A DNA stretch of 64,000 nucleotides from Octopus sinensis (taxonomy: Eukaryota), in contig NC_043011.1 of NCBI RefSeq assembly GCF_006345805.1, positions 13,342,464 to 13,406,463 on the forward strand, given 5' to 3'. The translations under genes and the position numbers were made by a program. Positions 24,331-36,180 of the stretch are shown in pieces. Each line of letters starts with the position of its first letter. Position 1 is the stretch's first letter. A model generated the notes under the pieces. The model was given only the letters and a program-made list of their open reading frames with translations. It did not search any database and was not told the DNA's origin.

Positions 24331-24723
24331 GCCTGATGGTTTGTATACTTGAAGGTTACTCATTATCATTGTCGTCATTTAACAGCCCACTCTTCATACT
24401 GACATAGGTTGGATGTTTTGACAGGGAACCAGAAGCTGCAAGGCTGCATCATACTCCAGTGTCATCTTTGACTTGGTTTCTCTGGTTTGATGCCCTTCCT
24501 AATGCCAGCCACTTTGCAGAGTGGACTGGGTGCACTTTTTGTGCCACAAGCATTAGTGAGGTGGCTGTGTAACTTATAAGACGGAATAGAACAAGAGGGG
24601 AAAAAAAGAAGAAGGAAAAAATTCCCACTACTAAGGGGAAGTATTTGTGAAGGAAAGTGTAATAGAGAGACATGCTATAGAGAAGATACATGGCTAAAGG
24701 AGATAAAAGGAAGGTAGTGATGG

Positions 24724-24950
24724 GGTGCGAGCTAGCAGAAACGTTAGCATGTTGGGCGAAATGCTTAGCAGTATTTCGTCTGCCACTAGGTTCTGAGTTC
24801 AAATTCCGCTGAGGTTGACTTTGCCTTTCATCCTTTCGGGGTCGATTAAATAAGTACCAGTTATGCACTGGGGTTGATATAATCGACTTGATCCGTTTGT
24901 TTGTCCGTTTGTCTCCTCTGTGTTTAGCCCCTTGTGGGTAGTAAAGAAAT
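24724..24950 (+). mobile_element. SINE family B
   Basis: Consensus match; 16-bp TSD GGTAGTGATGGGGTGC. Confidence 0.85.
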
Positions 24951-25874
24951 CGGTAGTGATGGGGTGCTAGAGCAAACACTTAAGTGAGCATAAGAGAGGA
25001 CACAGACAGTGTGTCACAGAAGGTGATGAGCGTGGATGCTTTCATTAGAGTGGAGTAAGGTAATAAGCTGGTTGAAACAAAGGTTAATGTAGAGGAATGA
25101 TGGACTAAGATGGGGGGTGCAGATGATGAGAGAGGAAATTTGATGTTGAAGGTAACAACATTACTTTCACTAAATTTCTCTGAGAAGGTTTTACAAAAGC
25201 TCTGCTACTGGTTAAGGTGAACGATTCCTGGTTGCTGTTAATGGCTGTCTCTGTTACCATTAAGATCAGGAAATATCTCTATTGAGATAAACCCTGATTG
25301 AGAGATAAGAATTGGGTGAGTTGAAGGTCAAACTCCGAAGTGCAGTATTTAGGGATAATGACAGTATTAGAGCTAATGGCCTTGTTTGCCCACAGAACTG
25401 TCATTGTTGAGGGATGTCAGGAAAGAGAATTTTATCAAGTTGATGAAATTTTTTTTTTTTCTTGGCAAGGGACTAAAAGTTTTAGCTGCAGTTTGGGATA
25501 AGGAAAAGCTTGAGGTTTCTCCTGTATCTATTTTCAATGATGCTGTAACTAGCCTTGCTTTTACCTTTATTTGAAAATTATTGTGATGCCTGTCAAAAAT
25601 GAAGTTTATTTCTTCCTTGTCTTTGCCATTTTCTTCTTGTATTTCATTTTATCTTTTTTCACTTATTTTTACCTCCATTCACTCTTTTTATTCTCACTGA
25701 CCTATTCATATACTTCATTTCTTTTCTCTCTCTCTCTCATATGGATATTTTCTTTCCCACCTCTCTCAGCAACATCATAGAACAAAACCAACAACAACAA
25801 CAAAAAAACTCCGGTGTGTGATTTAAAGTTTTCTATATTTCTATATCAAGATGTTCTCTTTTTGTTCTGTCTAG

Positions 25875-26046
25875 CATCTACGAAGTGTTGGTGTTGTTGG
25901 TAAATTTGTTGAGTTCTACGGCCCAGGAGTTGCCCAACTTTCTATTGCTGATCGATCAACGATATCCAATATGTGTCCTGAATACGGAGCTACTGTTGGT
26001 TATTTTCCAATTGATCAAATGAGTATGGATTATCTTCAACAAACCA
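25875..26046 (+). CDS. ACO1: ACO1 exon ([47 protein letters not shown]...QQT)
   Basis: TCTAG| ... A|GTAAG, 172 nt. Confidence 0.98.
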
Positions 26047-26950
26047 GTAAGACATTTGACATTTAATCAGATGTGTGTGTGTATGTATGTGCAAGTTTAC
26101 TTTCTTCCATCTGTCCATTGCTAATTTTTGTATTTACTTTGGGTTCTTATTTCATCTTTTTTTTTTTTTTTGCATTAACATCTTTTCTTTGTGCTTGTGT
26201 CAGTGTCTAAGAGTTACTGACACAAGAGTAACAATCCAAACAAGACTTGTTGGATTTTCCTTTGGACATGGCATGAAAAATCACCAATGTCTCAAAGGAG
26301 TGAGTGTTGTGGAGTTTAGTTACATCCAACAAACACTGAAGTTTTTCCCAAAATCCAGGGTTTTTATAACTGCTCAACTTGACTTTAAAGAATCGAAATT
26401 ACATACAAATATTCTTTAAGTAACTCTTAGAATTCTTATATGAGCAGTTATATTAACCAATGGAAAAACGACAATAATATTTCTTCAGCAATACGACATT
26501 ACGTCATATTGTCAGCTACCACAAATTGGCGCCTTATTTTAAAATGGCTACTTGCTACATGTCTATTAGACATTTATTAAAGTAAAAATTTTAATGACTG
26601 TATACTGATTTTCTTTTTGATAAATTCTAAAGGATATGTCACTTTATAAAACTTATCTCTTGCAGTATTGTGCTACTTTACATAAATCTAAGATTTGCTG
26701 TTTTATGCAATTATCTTCAGTCTAAACTTTATGCAGTCAAGGTTGAATAATTTTCACAAAGCATTTCTTATCGTAATGAGAAATATTTACCATCTATAAG
26801 TGATTGGTGGTTTGGAACATAATTCTTCAAATCAAAGTTTTGAGGATCAGTTTTCGCTCACATCTGATTCATATACATCATACACTTTTCTGAAACAAGC
26901 ATTTTAATGACATTTGGTTAAGTAAATTTCAGTTATGTCTAAAAATAACA

Positions 26951-27340
26951 GTGGCTGTGTGGTAAGTAGCTTGCTTATGAACCACATGTTTCCGAGTTCA
27001 GTCCCACTGCGTGGCACCTTGGGTAAGTGTCTTCTACTATAGCCTCGGGCCGACCAAAGCCTTGTGAGTGGATTTGGCAGACGGAAACTGAAAGAAGCCC
27101 ATCGTATATATATATATATATATATATGTGCGTGTCTGTGTTTGTCCCCCCAACATCGCTTAACAACCAATGCTGGTGTGTTTACGTCCCCGTAACTTAG
27201 CGGTTCAGCAAAAAAAAAGACCGATAAAATAAGTACTAGGCTTACAAAGAATAAGTCCTGGGGTCGATTTGATCGGCTAAAGGCGGTGCTCCAGCATAGC
27301 CACAGTCACATGACTGAAACAAGTAAAAGAGTAAAAGAGT
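26951..27340 (+). mobile_element. SINE family A, full length
   Basis: Consensus match. Confidence 0.9.
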
Positions 27341-27567
27341 TCGATAATTGAGGCTTAGATATCAGAATATGAGTGTTGTTACTTCGTATTCTAGGTTTAT
27401 ATGAAAATAGGAAAATGGTTGTTGTCGGTCATTATTAGACATGAAAAAACTTTACTTTGAATCTAAACGAGATTCAGTTTGTTATGTTGTTACAGTAAAT
27501 TATATATATTTTATGATGTGGTAATTGCTACATTTCACTTTTTCTGCAAAATTTTCTTCCTTTTTAG

Positions 27568-27668
27568 ATCGCAGTGAAGAAAAACTTTCATATATAGAAA
27601 CATTCCTTAAAGCAAACAAAATGTTTAGAGATTATACCAAATCTGAGGAGGATCCTATATATAGTGAT
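27568..27668 (+). CDS. ACO1: ACO1 exon (RSEEKLSYIETFLKANKMFRDYTKSEEDPIYSD)
   Basis: TTTTTAG| ... GAT|GTAAGT, 101 nt. Confidence 0.96.
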
Positions 27669-27879
27669 GTAAGTCGTAGAATTTCTCTTATCTAGAAATT
27701 TATTTAACATCTAAAGGAAAAAATGTTTTTGATTATTGATAAATTCTGATTGATTATAGTCTCCTCTAGTTAGAATATAAGTATATGGTAAGTCAAAAAT
27801 TGTATGCACTCTTATTTCTGTAATTTATTAAATCAAAAGCAGGGGTTGAACAAATGCATAATTTTTTCAACTGTCTCCT

Positions 27880-28830
27880 GCCTTTCTGATGTACTTTTTC
27901 CAGCTGTCTACTAGTTTGCTTATTCCATCAGAGAAGAAGGTTTTGGCTGGTTTCGCAGCCATTTATGTACCACGTCCTGTGTTTTGTCATTCTTAGCAAA
28001 TTGATGACCTCGTAAAGTATGGTTGAGTGGTCCAAAGTGGTGAAGGTCAAAAGGGGTGAGATCTGGACTCTATGCAGGATGTTCTAGCTGCTTGAGACCC
28101 AAGTTTTCAATGGTTTCAACTGGGTGGTGGGCAGCCATATGTGAGAATGCATTGTCATGCAACAATAATACTTGCTTTGACAATAGACCTCAGCATTGGG
28201 TGTCGTTTGCTGGTTTCACTGTAATCTACACTGGTAACTGTAGACCCCTTTTCCAGTAAAATACGTCAGTATAGGCCTATTTGCACCCCCAAAACAGTCA
28301 GCATAACTTTTCCTGTGGAAAGTCAAGTCTTGAATTTCTTTTTGGCAATTCTAGGTGTTTCCACTCCATACTTTACCTTTTGAATTCTAGCTCAATGTGA
28401 TGGGTCCTAGTCTCATCTAGTGTGACTATTCTTTCCAAAACAGCTTCACCTTCATCGTAGTACTGGTTGAGTAAGCATTGTTGTGGTTATGCACTTTGAT
28501 AAGCTCCCTTGGCTCCTATCTCACACAGACTTTACGCAAGTAAAGCTTGTCTAAGATGATTTCATATTCGGAAGCATGACTAATTTGCAGAGAACATGCC
28601 ACCGCATTGATGTTCATTCATTGGTTTGCCAGAACCGCTCCTTGAACTTGTGGTGGAGGTTGATGGGTGTCCTGCTCCCATTTCATGCTTCACATTTCTC
28701 TGGCCATTTTAAAACTTGTTACTCCACTCATACACACTTTTATGCAGTATAGCGCTGTCCTTATATTGCCTGCAATAAATTTCGAACCTGGGCACACATC
28801 CAAGCCAGAGAAATCAGATCACTAATCTCT
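27880..28830 (-). mobile_element. Degraded mariner transposase relic
   Basis: Minus strand encodes HDNA and HPA*SPDLTPFDLHHFG, a decayed form of the mariner 'HPPYSPDLAPSDF.LF' motif. Confidence 0.65.
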
Positions 28831-28883
28831 GTTCTTCCTTGGTGCACACTGGCAGTGGAGTGGCCATGTTTATTCTGTAACAA

Positions 28884-29090
28884 TCATCATCATCATCGTT
28901 TAACGTCCACTTTCCATGCTAGCATGGGTTGGACGGTTCAACTGGGGTCTGGGGAGCCAGGAGGCTGCACCAGGCCCAGTCTGATCTGGCAGTGTTTCTA
29001 CAGCTGGATGCCCTTCCTAATGCCAACCACTCCGAGAGTGTAGTGGGTGCTTTTTATGTGCCACCGGCACAGGTGCCAGACAAGGCTGGC
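28884..29090 (-). mobile_element. Family C RTE tail
   Basis: Consensus match. Confidence 0.85.
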
Positions 29091-29581
29091 AATAGAGAGA
29101 AAGACGTTTACAGCACCTAGGTTTCCCAAGCGAAATAAAGAATTAAAAAAAAAAAACTGGAACAATAAAGGCCAAACCTTGGTTACATACCCACAAGAGT
29201 GCCACCTTTTAATATGCAAGTACTGAAGGCAGTGCAGCCAACCTAAACAAAGTTTTGCCAAAAGTACAGTTAACCTTTGACTGCCCCTTGTATCTATACA
29301 ACCAGATTGTGTTTCAAAGGTAGTCTGTTCCTTATAATGTAACACTATCTCTTATTACAATTGTAAAGGCAATATCTGGTTCCAATTTAGCTGGCTTGGG
29401 ATTTGGCTTGTACCATCCTGTACAAGCTTCAGCTTTTCTTTATTTATTTATTACTTTACTTATCAGCCAGTTCCCCTTTTTATAATCTTATTACTCATTA
29501 CTAGTAGAACACATTCATCTGTGTTTTTCTCCATTTTAAGAAATGTTTCAAAGATATTTGACTCCAAGAAAAGAACTTTCA

Positions 29582-29947
29582 TCTCTATATATATAAACGG
29601 CAAAATGTCTGTGTGCATGTCCTTTATACAAATCCACAATTTTTCAGTTAGAGAGCTCGCACTTTCTATGGTCATTCAAAACCGTTCAACGGTGGTCGTG
29701 CACATCTTTACATTTCCCCAGTCACCTCGTAAAGCTATTAAAAAGTCAATAGAAGTGACATTTTTGTGAATTTTCTATCCAAAACCCAATCAAAATGCCC
29801 GAAACTTGATACGCCAATTGAATGCCAGCTAGCTGTATGTGGTTGGTCGGAAATTTGGACAGTACTCGTGTGTGTATGTGCACATGCATGCAGCTGTATA
29901 TGCATGCACTAGCACTATGACCCGGCGTTGCCAGGTCATAGTGCTAG
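29582..29947 (+). mobile_element. Non-autonomous Helitron (second family)
   Basis: A|TCTCTATATATATAAACGG...GTGCTAG|T with a terminal palindrome; paralogue at 39460-39804. Confidence 0.85.
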
Positions 29948-30411
29948 TATTATCTAAATGAATTGTAAAGGCAAATGGCTAGTACTTGAAGTACAACATG
30001 TAGTAAAGTGCATGCATGCATATTTCGTACAGTAAGCCTCGAGGTTAACTAAAAGTATAGGACTTCTTCATAACAAAAAAAGACAAAAAGATAGGGGAGA
30101 CCACTCTGATATTTTAATTAAATTCAGTGGAATATAGAATGCAGTGGAGAGTGCACATGATTTTTTGTGGTACAGTAAATGGCTTTTGTCATATTTTTAT
30201 TAGTCATTATCAGCAAAACCTAGTCTAACCATAACTGCAAGATCTTAGAATGATTATCTTGTCTAGATTACATTATGGTGCTTACATAATATTGAGTTCA
30301 AAATTATAGTTTGATAAACATTTGTTGTTACAAAATTAATTTCACATATGTGTATGGGAAAATGTATGTTAGTGATTTTTTTTTTTTGTTTTTATTATTT
30401 TACTTAAACAG

Positions 30412-30540
30412 TATTATGAATTGGATTTGAGCACAGTAAGTTCGTGCTGTTCAGGACCCAAGCGTCCTCATGACAAGGTATTAGTGACAAATATGAAAGA
30501 AGATTTCAAGAACTGTTTGACATCACCAGCTGGTTTCAAG
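30412..30540 (+). CDS. ACO1: ACO1 exon ([23 protein letters not shown]...CLTSPAGFK)
   Basis: AAACAG| ... AAG|GTAAA, 129 nt; SGPKRP motif. Confidence 0.97.
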
Positions 30541-30619
30541 GTAAATCTCATATAAAATTACTTCATACATAAGACTGTTTCTATTTTAACCTTTCATTAT
30601 TTACTTATATGTAAATAGC

Positions 30620-31078
30620 GTGCTAGCGGGGTGCAGTGAGTACCATACGAGTGTGATCATTGACAGAGCGGCTAACTGGCTTCCGTGCCAGTCATAGTTA
30701 AAAGGCACCATTCGAGCATGATCGTTACCAGCGTCGCATTACTGGCACTCGAGCCCCATGTTAGTAGGGTATTAAGAGCACCATCCGAGCATGACCGTTG
30801 CCAGAGCGGCTATCAGGCCCCTGTGCCGGTGGCACGTAAAAAGCACCATTCGAGCGTGATCATTACTAGCATTACCTTACTGGCATCCGTGCCAATGGCA
30901 TGTGTAAAAGATTCGAGCGAGGTCGTTGCCAGTGCCGCCTGACTGGCACGTAAAAGCACCCACTACACTCTCGGAGTGGTTGGCGTTAGGAAGGGCATCC
31001 AGCTGTAGAAACTCTGCTAGATCAAGATTGAAGTCTGGTGCAGCCATTTGGTTTGCCAGCCCTCAGTCATACGTCCAA
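30620..31078 (+). mobile_element. Family C RTE 3' UTR with tandem subrepeats
   Basis: Consensus match. Confidence 0.8.
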
Positions 31079-31404
31079 AATAGCCTATTTGTAAACCACA
31101 TAAGAATTTTGTTGTAGATATTCATTGCTCTCCCTCTTTCTCCTCTCTCTCTCTCTCTCTCCATATATGAGAGAGAGAGAGAGAAAGAGATACACCTATA
31201 CACACATTTTTATCTATGTATCTTTATGCCTATGTGTATGCCTTTCCTTGGTGAAGAAAGAATCCAAATTAATAAATAAATGCTTACAATCTTAAACTTT
31301 ACATGTTTACAATGTTGAATCTCATGATGTAAAACATAAACATTGAGGCACAGCAAGATGCTACCAAAGTTTTGAACAAATCCATTGTCATTTGTACATA
31401 AAAG

Positions 31405-31870
31405 GGATCTTTTCGGTTTGAACGGCAGTTTTCAACACAATTTCTAGTTAACTAAACACTTTTAAACTTCGTATACTGGTAGAATGTGTTAAAATAAAAC
31501 ATTTTTTCTCTTAGCTTTCTTGAGAAAATTGTAATTTGTAAGTTTAATTTTTCGAATTTTAACCAATCGATCGCCTCTATTTAGCTAAAATCATTTGCTG
31601 TGTCTAAAACTGAGACAACATCCTGTCACTGTTATGTTTACGTTCGGAAAGCGTGTGTATAAAATTATAGAATTATTTTGTTTGTTAATTGTTTAAATTA
31701 TTTTCCATTGCTTTCGTTTTAGCCTTTCGTTTTTTTGTTTTTCTTAAGCAATGGAAAATAGTTTAAACAATACACTTGTATCTCAAAACAAAAACAAAAC
31801 GAATAATTTTAGACACGCGTAACAATTAAATTAATTTAACAATTAAGAAAAAAAAAACGAAAGGCTAAAT
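31405..31870. mobile_element. One-ended Merlin-like element followed by rearranged inverted repeats
   Basis: GGATCTTTTCGGTTTGAACGGCAG TIR with no partner TIR; internal inverted segments. Confidence 0.65.
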
Positions 31871-31904
31871 GAAGTTAATGAGTTCTTTCATTTCTGTTCT
31901 GCAG

Positions 31905-32052
31905 GGTTTCCAGATTCCTCCTGATAAATTAGATATAACCATTCCATTTGAGTTTGAAAGTAAAGAAGAAATTTTAAGTCATGGTTCTGTTGTTATGGCA
32001 GCCATAACTAGTTGTACTAACACCAGCAACCCTTCTGTTATGCTAGGAGCAG
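31905..32052 (+). CDS. ACO1: ACO1 exon (GFQIPPDK...[24 protein letters not shown]), first Fe-S cysteine
   Basis: CTGCAG| ... G|GTTAG, 148 nt; [11 protein letters not shown] motif (C437 equivalent). Confidence 0.98.
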
Positions 32053-32263
32053 GTTAGTTTGAAATTTTAATTATATTTGTGTTTTAAGAAATAATTTAAT
32101 TTTTAGCCCTTCATGATGTTAAAATTAATGGTTACTTTACAACTCATTATTTGGTAAATTATTTTGTTTCTTCTCTACATTTTAAATTGATATTATTATT
32201 ATTATTTTTATGTAAAATTTACTGAATGAAACTTTTTTCTTTATCTCTTTTTTTTTTTTAAAG

Positions 32264-32399
32264 GTTTATTGGCTAAAAAGGCAGTGGATGCTGGTTTAAA
32301 AGTACTTCCTTACATCAAAACCAGCTTATCCCCTGGCAGTGGTGTAGTTACCTATTACCTCAAAGAAAGTGGTGTTATACCTTATCTAGAAGAATTAGG
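32264..32399 (+). CDS. ACO1: ACO1 exon ([45 protein letters not shown])
   Basis: TTTAAAG| ... GG|GTAAG, 136 nt. Confidence 0.98.
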
Positions 32400-32535
32400 G
32401 TAAGCTTTATGAACATAAAGAGACTATTTCCAATCTACATTAATTTTCCTCAAATAAAAATTCATCCAGACATAAAAATAGTAACAATGGGAGTATTATT
32501 ATGTTTAAGATATTGTCTTTGTGTTTCATATTCAG

Positions 32536-32620
32536 ATTTAATATTGTTGGCTATGGTTGTATGACTTGTATTGGAAACAGTGGCCCATTGTCTGATGAAG
32601 TATCTACAGCTATTGAAAAG
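32536..32620 (+). CDS. ACO1: ACO1 exon ([28 protein letters not shown]), Fe-S cysteines 2 and 3
   Basis: TTCAG| ... AAG|GTTTG, 85 nt; GYGCxTCIGN motif. Confidence 0.98.
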
Positions 32621-32821
32621 GTTTGTCCTCTTTCCCACTTACTTGTAACTGAGGTTTCTAAGCTTTTGCCTTTCTCCTTTCTAACAAATTTGTCCAGTGT
32701 CAGTTAGGAAATTGTTGTTTTATTCTTAAATGTCATAAAAATGAAAGAAAACATAACTAAAAATATGTTTTGTGAATGTAAAATTATTTCAGTGTTCAAA
32801 ATGTATTGTCTTATTTCACAG

Positions 32822-32978
32822 GGTGATTTGGTGGCTGTCGGTGTGCTATCTGGAAACAGAAACTATGAGGGACGTGTTCACCCACTTACTCGAGCCAACT
32901 TCTTAGCTTCGCCTCTCTTAGTGATTGCCTATGCTTTAGCTGGAACTATCTGCATAGACTTTGAAACAGAACCATTAG
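32822..32978 (+). CDS. ACO1: ACO1 exon ([52 protein letters not shown])
   Basis: TCACAG| ... G|GTAAT, 157 nt. Confidence 0.98.
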
Positions 32979-33188
32979 GTAATTGGAGTTTTCACTTCAT
33001 ATACTTGCTACATTTAAGCCTAAGCTGCTATTTTTATTCATTTAGTTTATTGGTAAACTTACTTAAAAGGTGAATTCAGCATGAATATTTTAGAAATTAT
33101 TGATTTTGAAAGATGGAATTAGTGGTTGCAATAACTTTGTTGAACTGGTGTTTTACTAAGACATAGTTACCTAATGAAATTTATCAAG

Positions 33189-33325
33189 TAACTTATAGAC
33201 TCAGCATACTGGTACTGTTGAGAATTTTTATCATCATCATCATCATCATCGTTTAGCGTCCGTGATGATGATGATGATGATGATAAAAATTCTCAACAGT
33301 ACCAGTATGCTGAGTCTATAAGTTA
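33189..33325. repeat. Perfect palindrome, 62-bp arms, 13-nt spacer
   Basis: 33189-33250 is the exact reverse complement of 33264-33325. Confidence 0.95.
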
Positions 33326-33574
33326 TTTATATTTATTGTAATGCATATTGTATTTGGTGAACCCTGGAGGGTTGAAATGCTAAGTTGATTTGTAGAATTA
33401 TGATGTTTCATTTGTATTGTGAACTTATTTCACAATGTTTGTGAATCAGTTTTATAATAGAATACTAATTTATTTTTGGACTCAGTATTTCAAGTATTTT
33501 CATAACTACTTTACATACTAAAGAATTAAACTATATTTCTAAATGAAGTTTATCTTCTGTAAAATAATTCATAG

Positions 33575-33639
33575 GTTATAATGCTGATGGAAAACCAATA
33601 TACCTCAAAGACATATGGCCTACCCGAAATGAAATCCAG
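33575..33639 (+). CDS. ACO1: ACO1 exon (YNADGKPIYLKDIWPTRNEIQ)
   Basis: CATAG| ... CAG|GTGAT, 65 nt. Confidence 0.96.
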
Positions 33640-34299
33640 GTGATTAAAACCTTTTTTTGTTATTTTATTGATGTAATAGTACCCAACATAGAAGTTGTTT
33701 TATAAAGTAATAACAATTAGTTTTGTTCTGCATCGTTTAATGAAACACACAACAATATACTATGCTGCAAAATACATATCTAATCCAAAAATATTTTATA
33801 GACTTCATTAGATTCTAAAAATGCTCTACTGTTACTCTCCTGCTAATCGTTTATGTAATTATGGCTTCAAATTTTGGTACAAGTCCAGTAATTTTAGGGA
33901 AGGGACTAAGTTGATTACATCAACTGGTACTTAACTTTACTGACCCCAGAAGGATGAAAGACAAGGTCAGTTTTGGTGAAATTTGAACTCAGATTATAAG
34001 GATGGACAAAATGCTGCCAAGCATTTTTCCTGGCGAGCTAACAGTTCTGCCAGCTCACCACCTTAGTGGTTATGTAATTATGAAGTTTACTTCACAATCA
34101 TATGGTTTGGGGTTCTATTCCACTGCATGCTACCTTGTGTGTGTCCTTTATTATAGCTTTGAACTTATCATTAAATTTAATTTACAGTGTCTGGTAAATG
34201 AAATTTAATATGTAAGACTGCTTTTATCTCTGTGTTTTCTCATTGACACTGTTTCAGCAAGTGATGTGTTTTGTGTCTCCTTTAAGCTACACATCCTTG

Positions 34300-34533
34300 A
34301 TGGCGTCTGTGTCGGTGACACGTAAAAGCACCAACCGATCGTGGCCATTTGCCAACCTACCCTGGCACATAAAAATCATCCACTACACTCTCAGAGTGGT
34401 TGGCGTTAGGAAGGGCATCCAGCTGTAGAAACATTGCCAAACCAGACTAGAGCCTGGTGCAGCTTCCCAGACCCCGGTCGAACCATCCAACCCATGCTAG
34501 CATGGAAAACGGACGTTAAATGATGATGATGAT
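34300..34533 (+). mobile_element. Family C RTE tail
   Basis: Consensus match ending in (GAT)n. Confidence 0.85.
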
Positions 34534-35315
34534 CCTGTAGCTCAGCAGTTTATGCTGGTCTCATGTAAAGATGAGTGCAGCAGAAATATCTTATTTGAAA
34601 ATCAAATAAGGATTGATTGCCAGAAGCGCATCTGGCTGTAGAATGGTGCTTCGACCCATACCAGCATAGAAAAAGCAGATGTAAAAAACCACAGTAGTGC
34701 CATTTCTCTAATGGTAGTTGTGAATTGGTTCATTGTATCAAAGTCATTAAGATATTTGGAATTTTAATATTATTTAATTGATAGTTAAGGTGTAATAATT
34801 AAGCATCTCAGTTTAATACATATAAAAAAGTCACTCTGGTACAGATTGTATTAATGATCCCTCCACCCTTTTTAATTTCTTTCTTCACTTTTAAATCAGT
34901 ACCAGGGTAATCTATAAAAGTCGCTTTCTTTTTATAGGCGTTTCAATTTACTTTAGGTAAACTTTCATTATTTTTTAGTGTTCTATTTTTGCCAGTTTTA
35001 TCAAGATATGCCCAACTGTTTTTATTTCACATCTCATTATTTGAAATTTAGGGTATGTATGGATTGCTTCAGTTATAAAAAAGAATTGTAAAATTTTAGA
35101 AATTGACTGATTTTTAGTTGAGCATTTTCTTGAGCATTTGAAATTGATATAAATAGATAATGCAAGTTTGTAGTTATGATGTTGGAAACTGGTTACTAAC
35201 GATAAATGAGACTTTGAAAATTGGTGAGAATCTAATGAAATTTTTACATCTTTGAATTCAAAACACTTTACCTTTGTTCTAAGAATTTTAATCTTGAAAT
35301 ATTTTAAACTTTTAG

Positions 35316-35375
35316 GTTGTTGAAAAGAAGAATGTAATTCCAGCTATGTTCAAAGAAGTCTATTCAAAAATAACA
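35316..35375 (+). CDS. ACO1: ACO1 exon (VVEKKNVIPAMFKEVYSKIT)
   Basis: TTTTAG| ... ACA|GTGAG, 60 nt. Confidence 0.95.
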
Positions 35376-35974
35376 GTGAGTATAGCTGTGATTTTTTTTT
35401 TTTTAATCTACTTCAGTTTTTATGTTAAGAATTTCCATAGTTCCCACATTGCAGGATGTTTAGTTCACCAGTCCCTATAAAAGGGAGGGATCTTGAGCGA
35501 CCAGCAGAGGAGGGAGAGAGTACCTTGTACATAATAAAGATAGAGAGTACTCAATAACCCAATGTATGTACATTTGCTCAGGTGACCAGAGAGGGGAATA
35601 GGAAAGACAGAGTAATAATATCAGAAAAACCAGAATGGATGGGTAAAAGATGCAAGAATATAATGAGAAAAGCAGACTTATTTGGAGGTGGGCAATAGAA
35701 ATGGCTCAGAGTAAAGGGAGTGATGGTTGACAGTACAGAAGCAAAGTTTGAGTGTACTAGCTAGAGAGGATGAGTGTGATTCATTGCAGTCTCTTATATA
35801 TAGGTTTAGGGAGAAGCAAGGGAGTCAGAAGGGTGAGGATGATGCAGTTAAAACAGGTGATGGGGAAATTAATGATGCATGGTTATGAATGATAAAGAGG
35901 AAGATGAAGAGTGGGAAAACAATAGTAGATGGTGGGGGATAAAAATATAAGGTGAGGTAGGGGTAGTAAATATA

Positions 35975-36180
35975 TATTTCTTTATTGCCCACAAGGGGAC
36001 AAACAAGGACAGAAAAAGGGATTAAGTCGATTACATCGACCCCAGTGCAAAACTGGTACTTTATTTATCGACCCCGAAAGGATGAAAGGCAAAGTCGACC
36101 TCGGAGGAATTTGAACTCAGAACGTAACGGCAGACGAAATATGGCTACGCATTTCGCCCGGCGTGCTAACGTTTCTGCCT
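35975..36180 (-). mobile_element. SINE family B
   Basis: Consensus match; 15-bp TSD AGGGGTAGTAAATAT. Confidence 0.85.
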
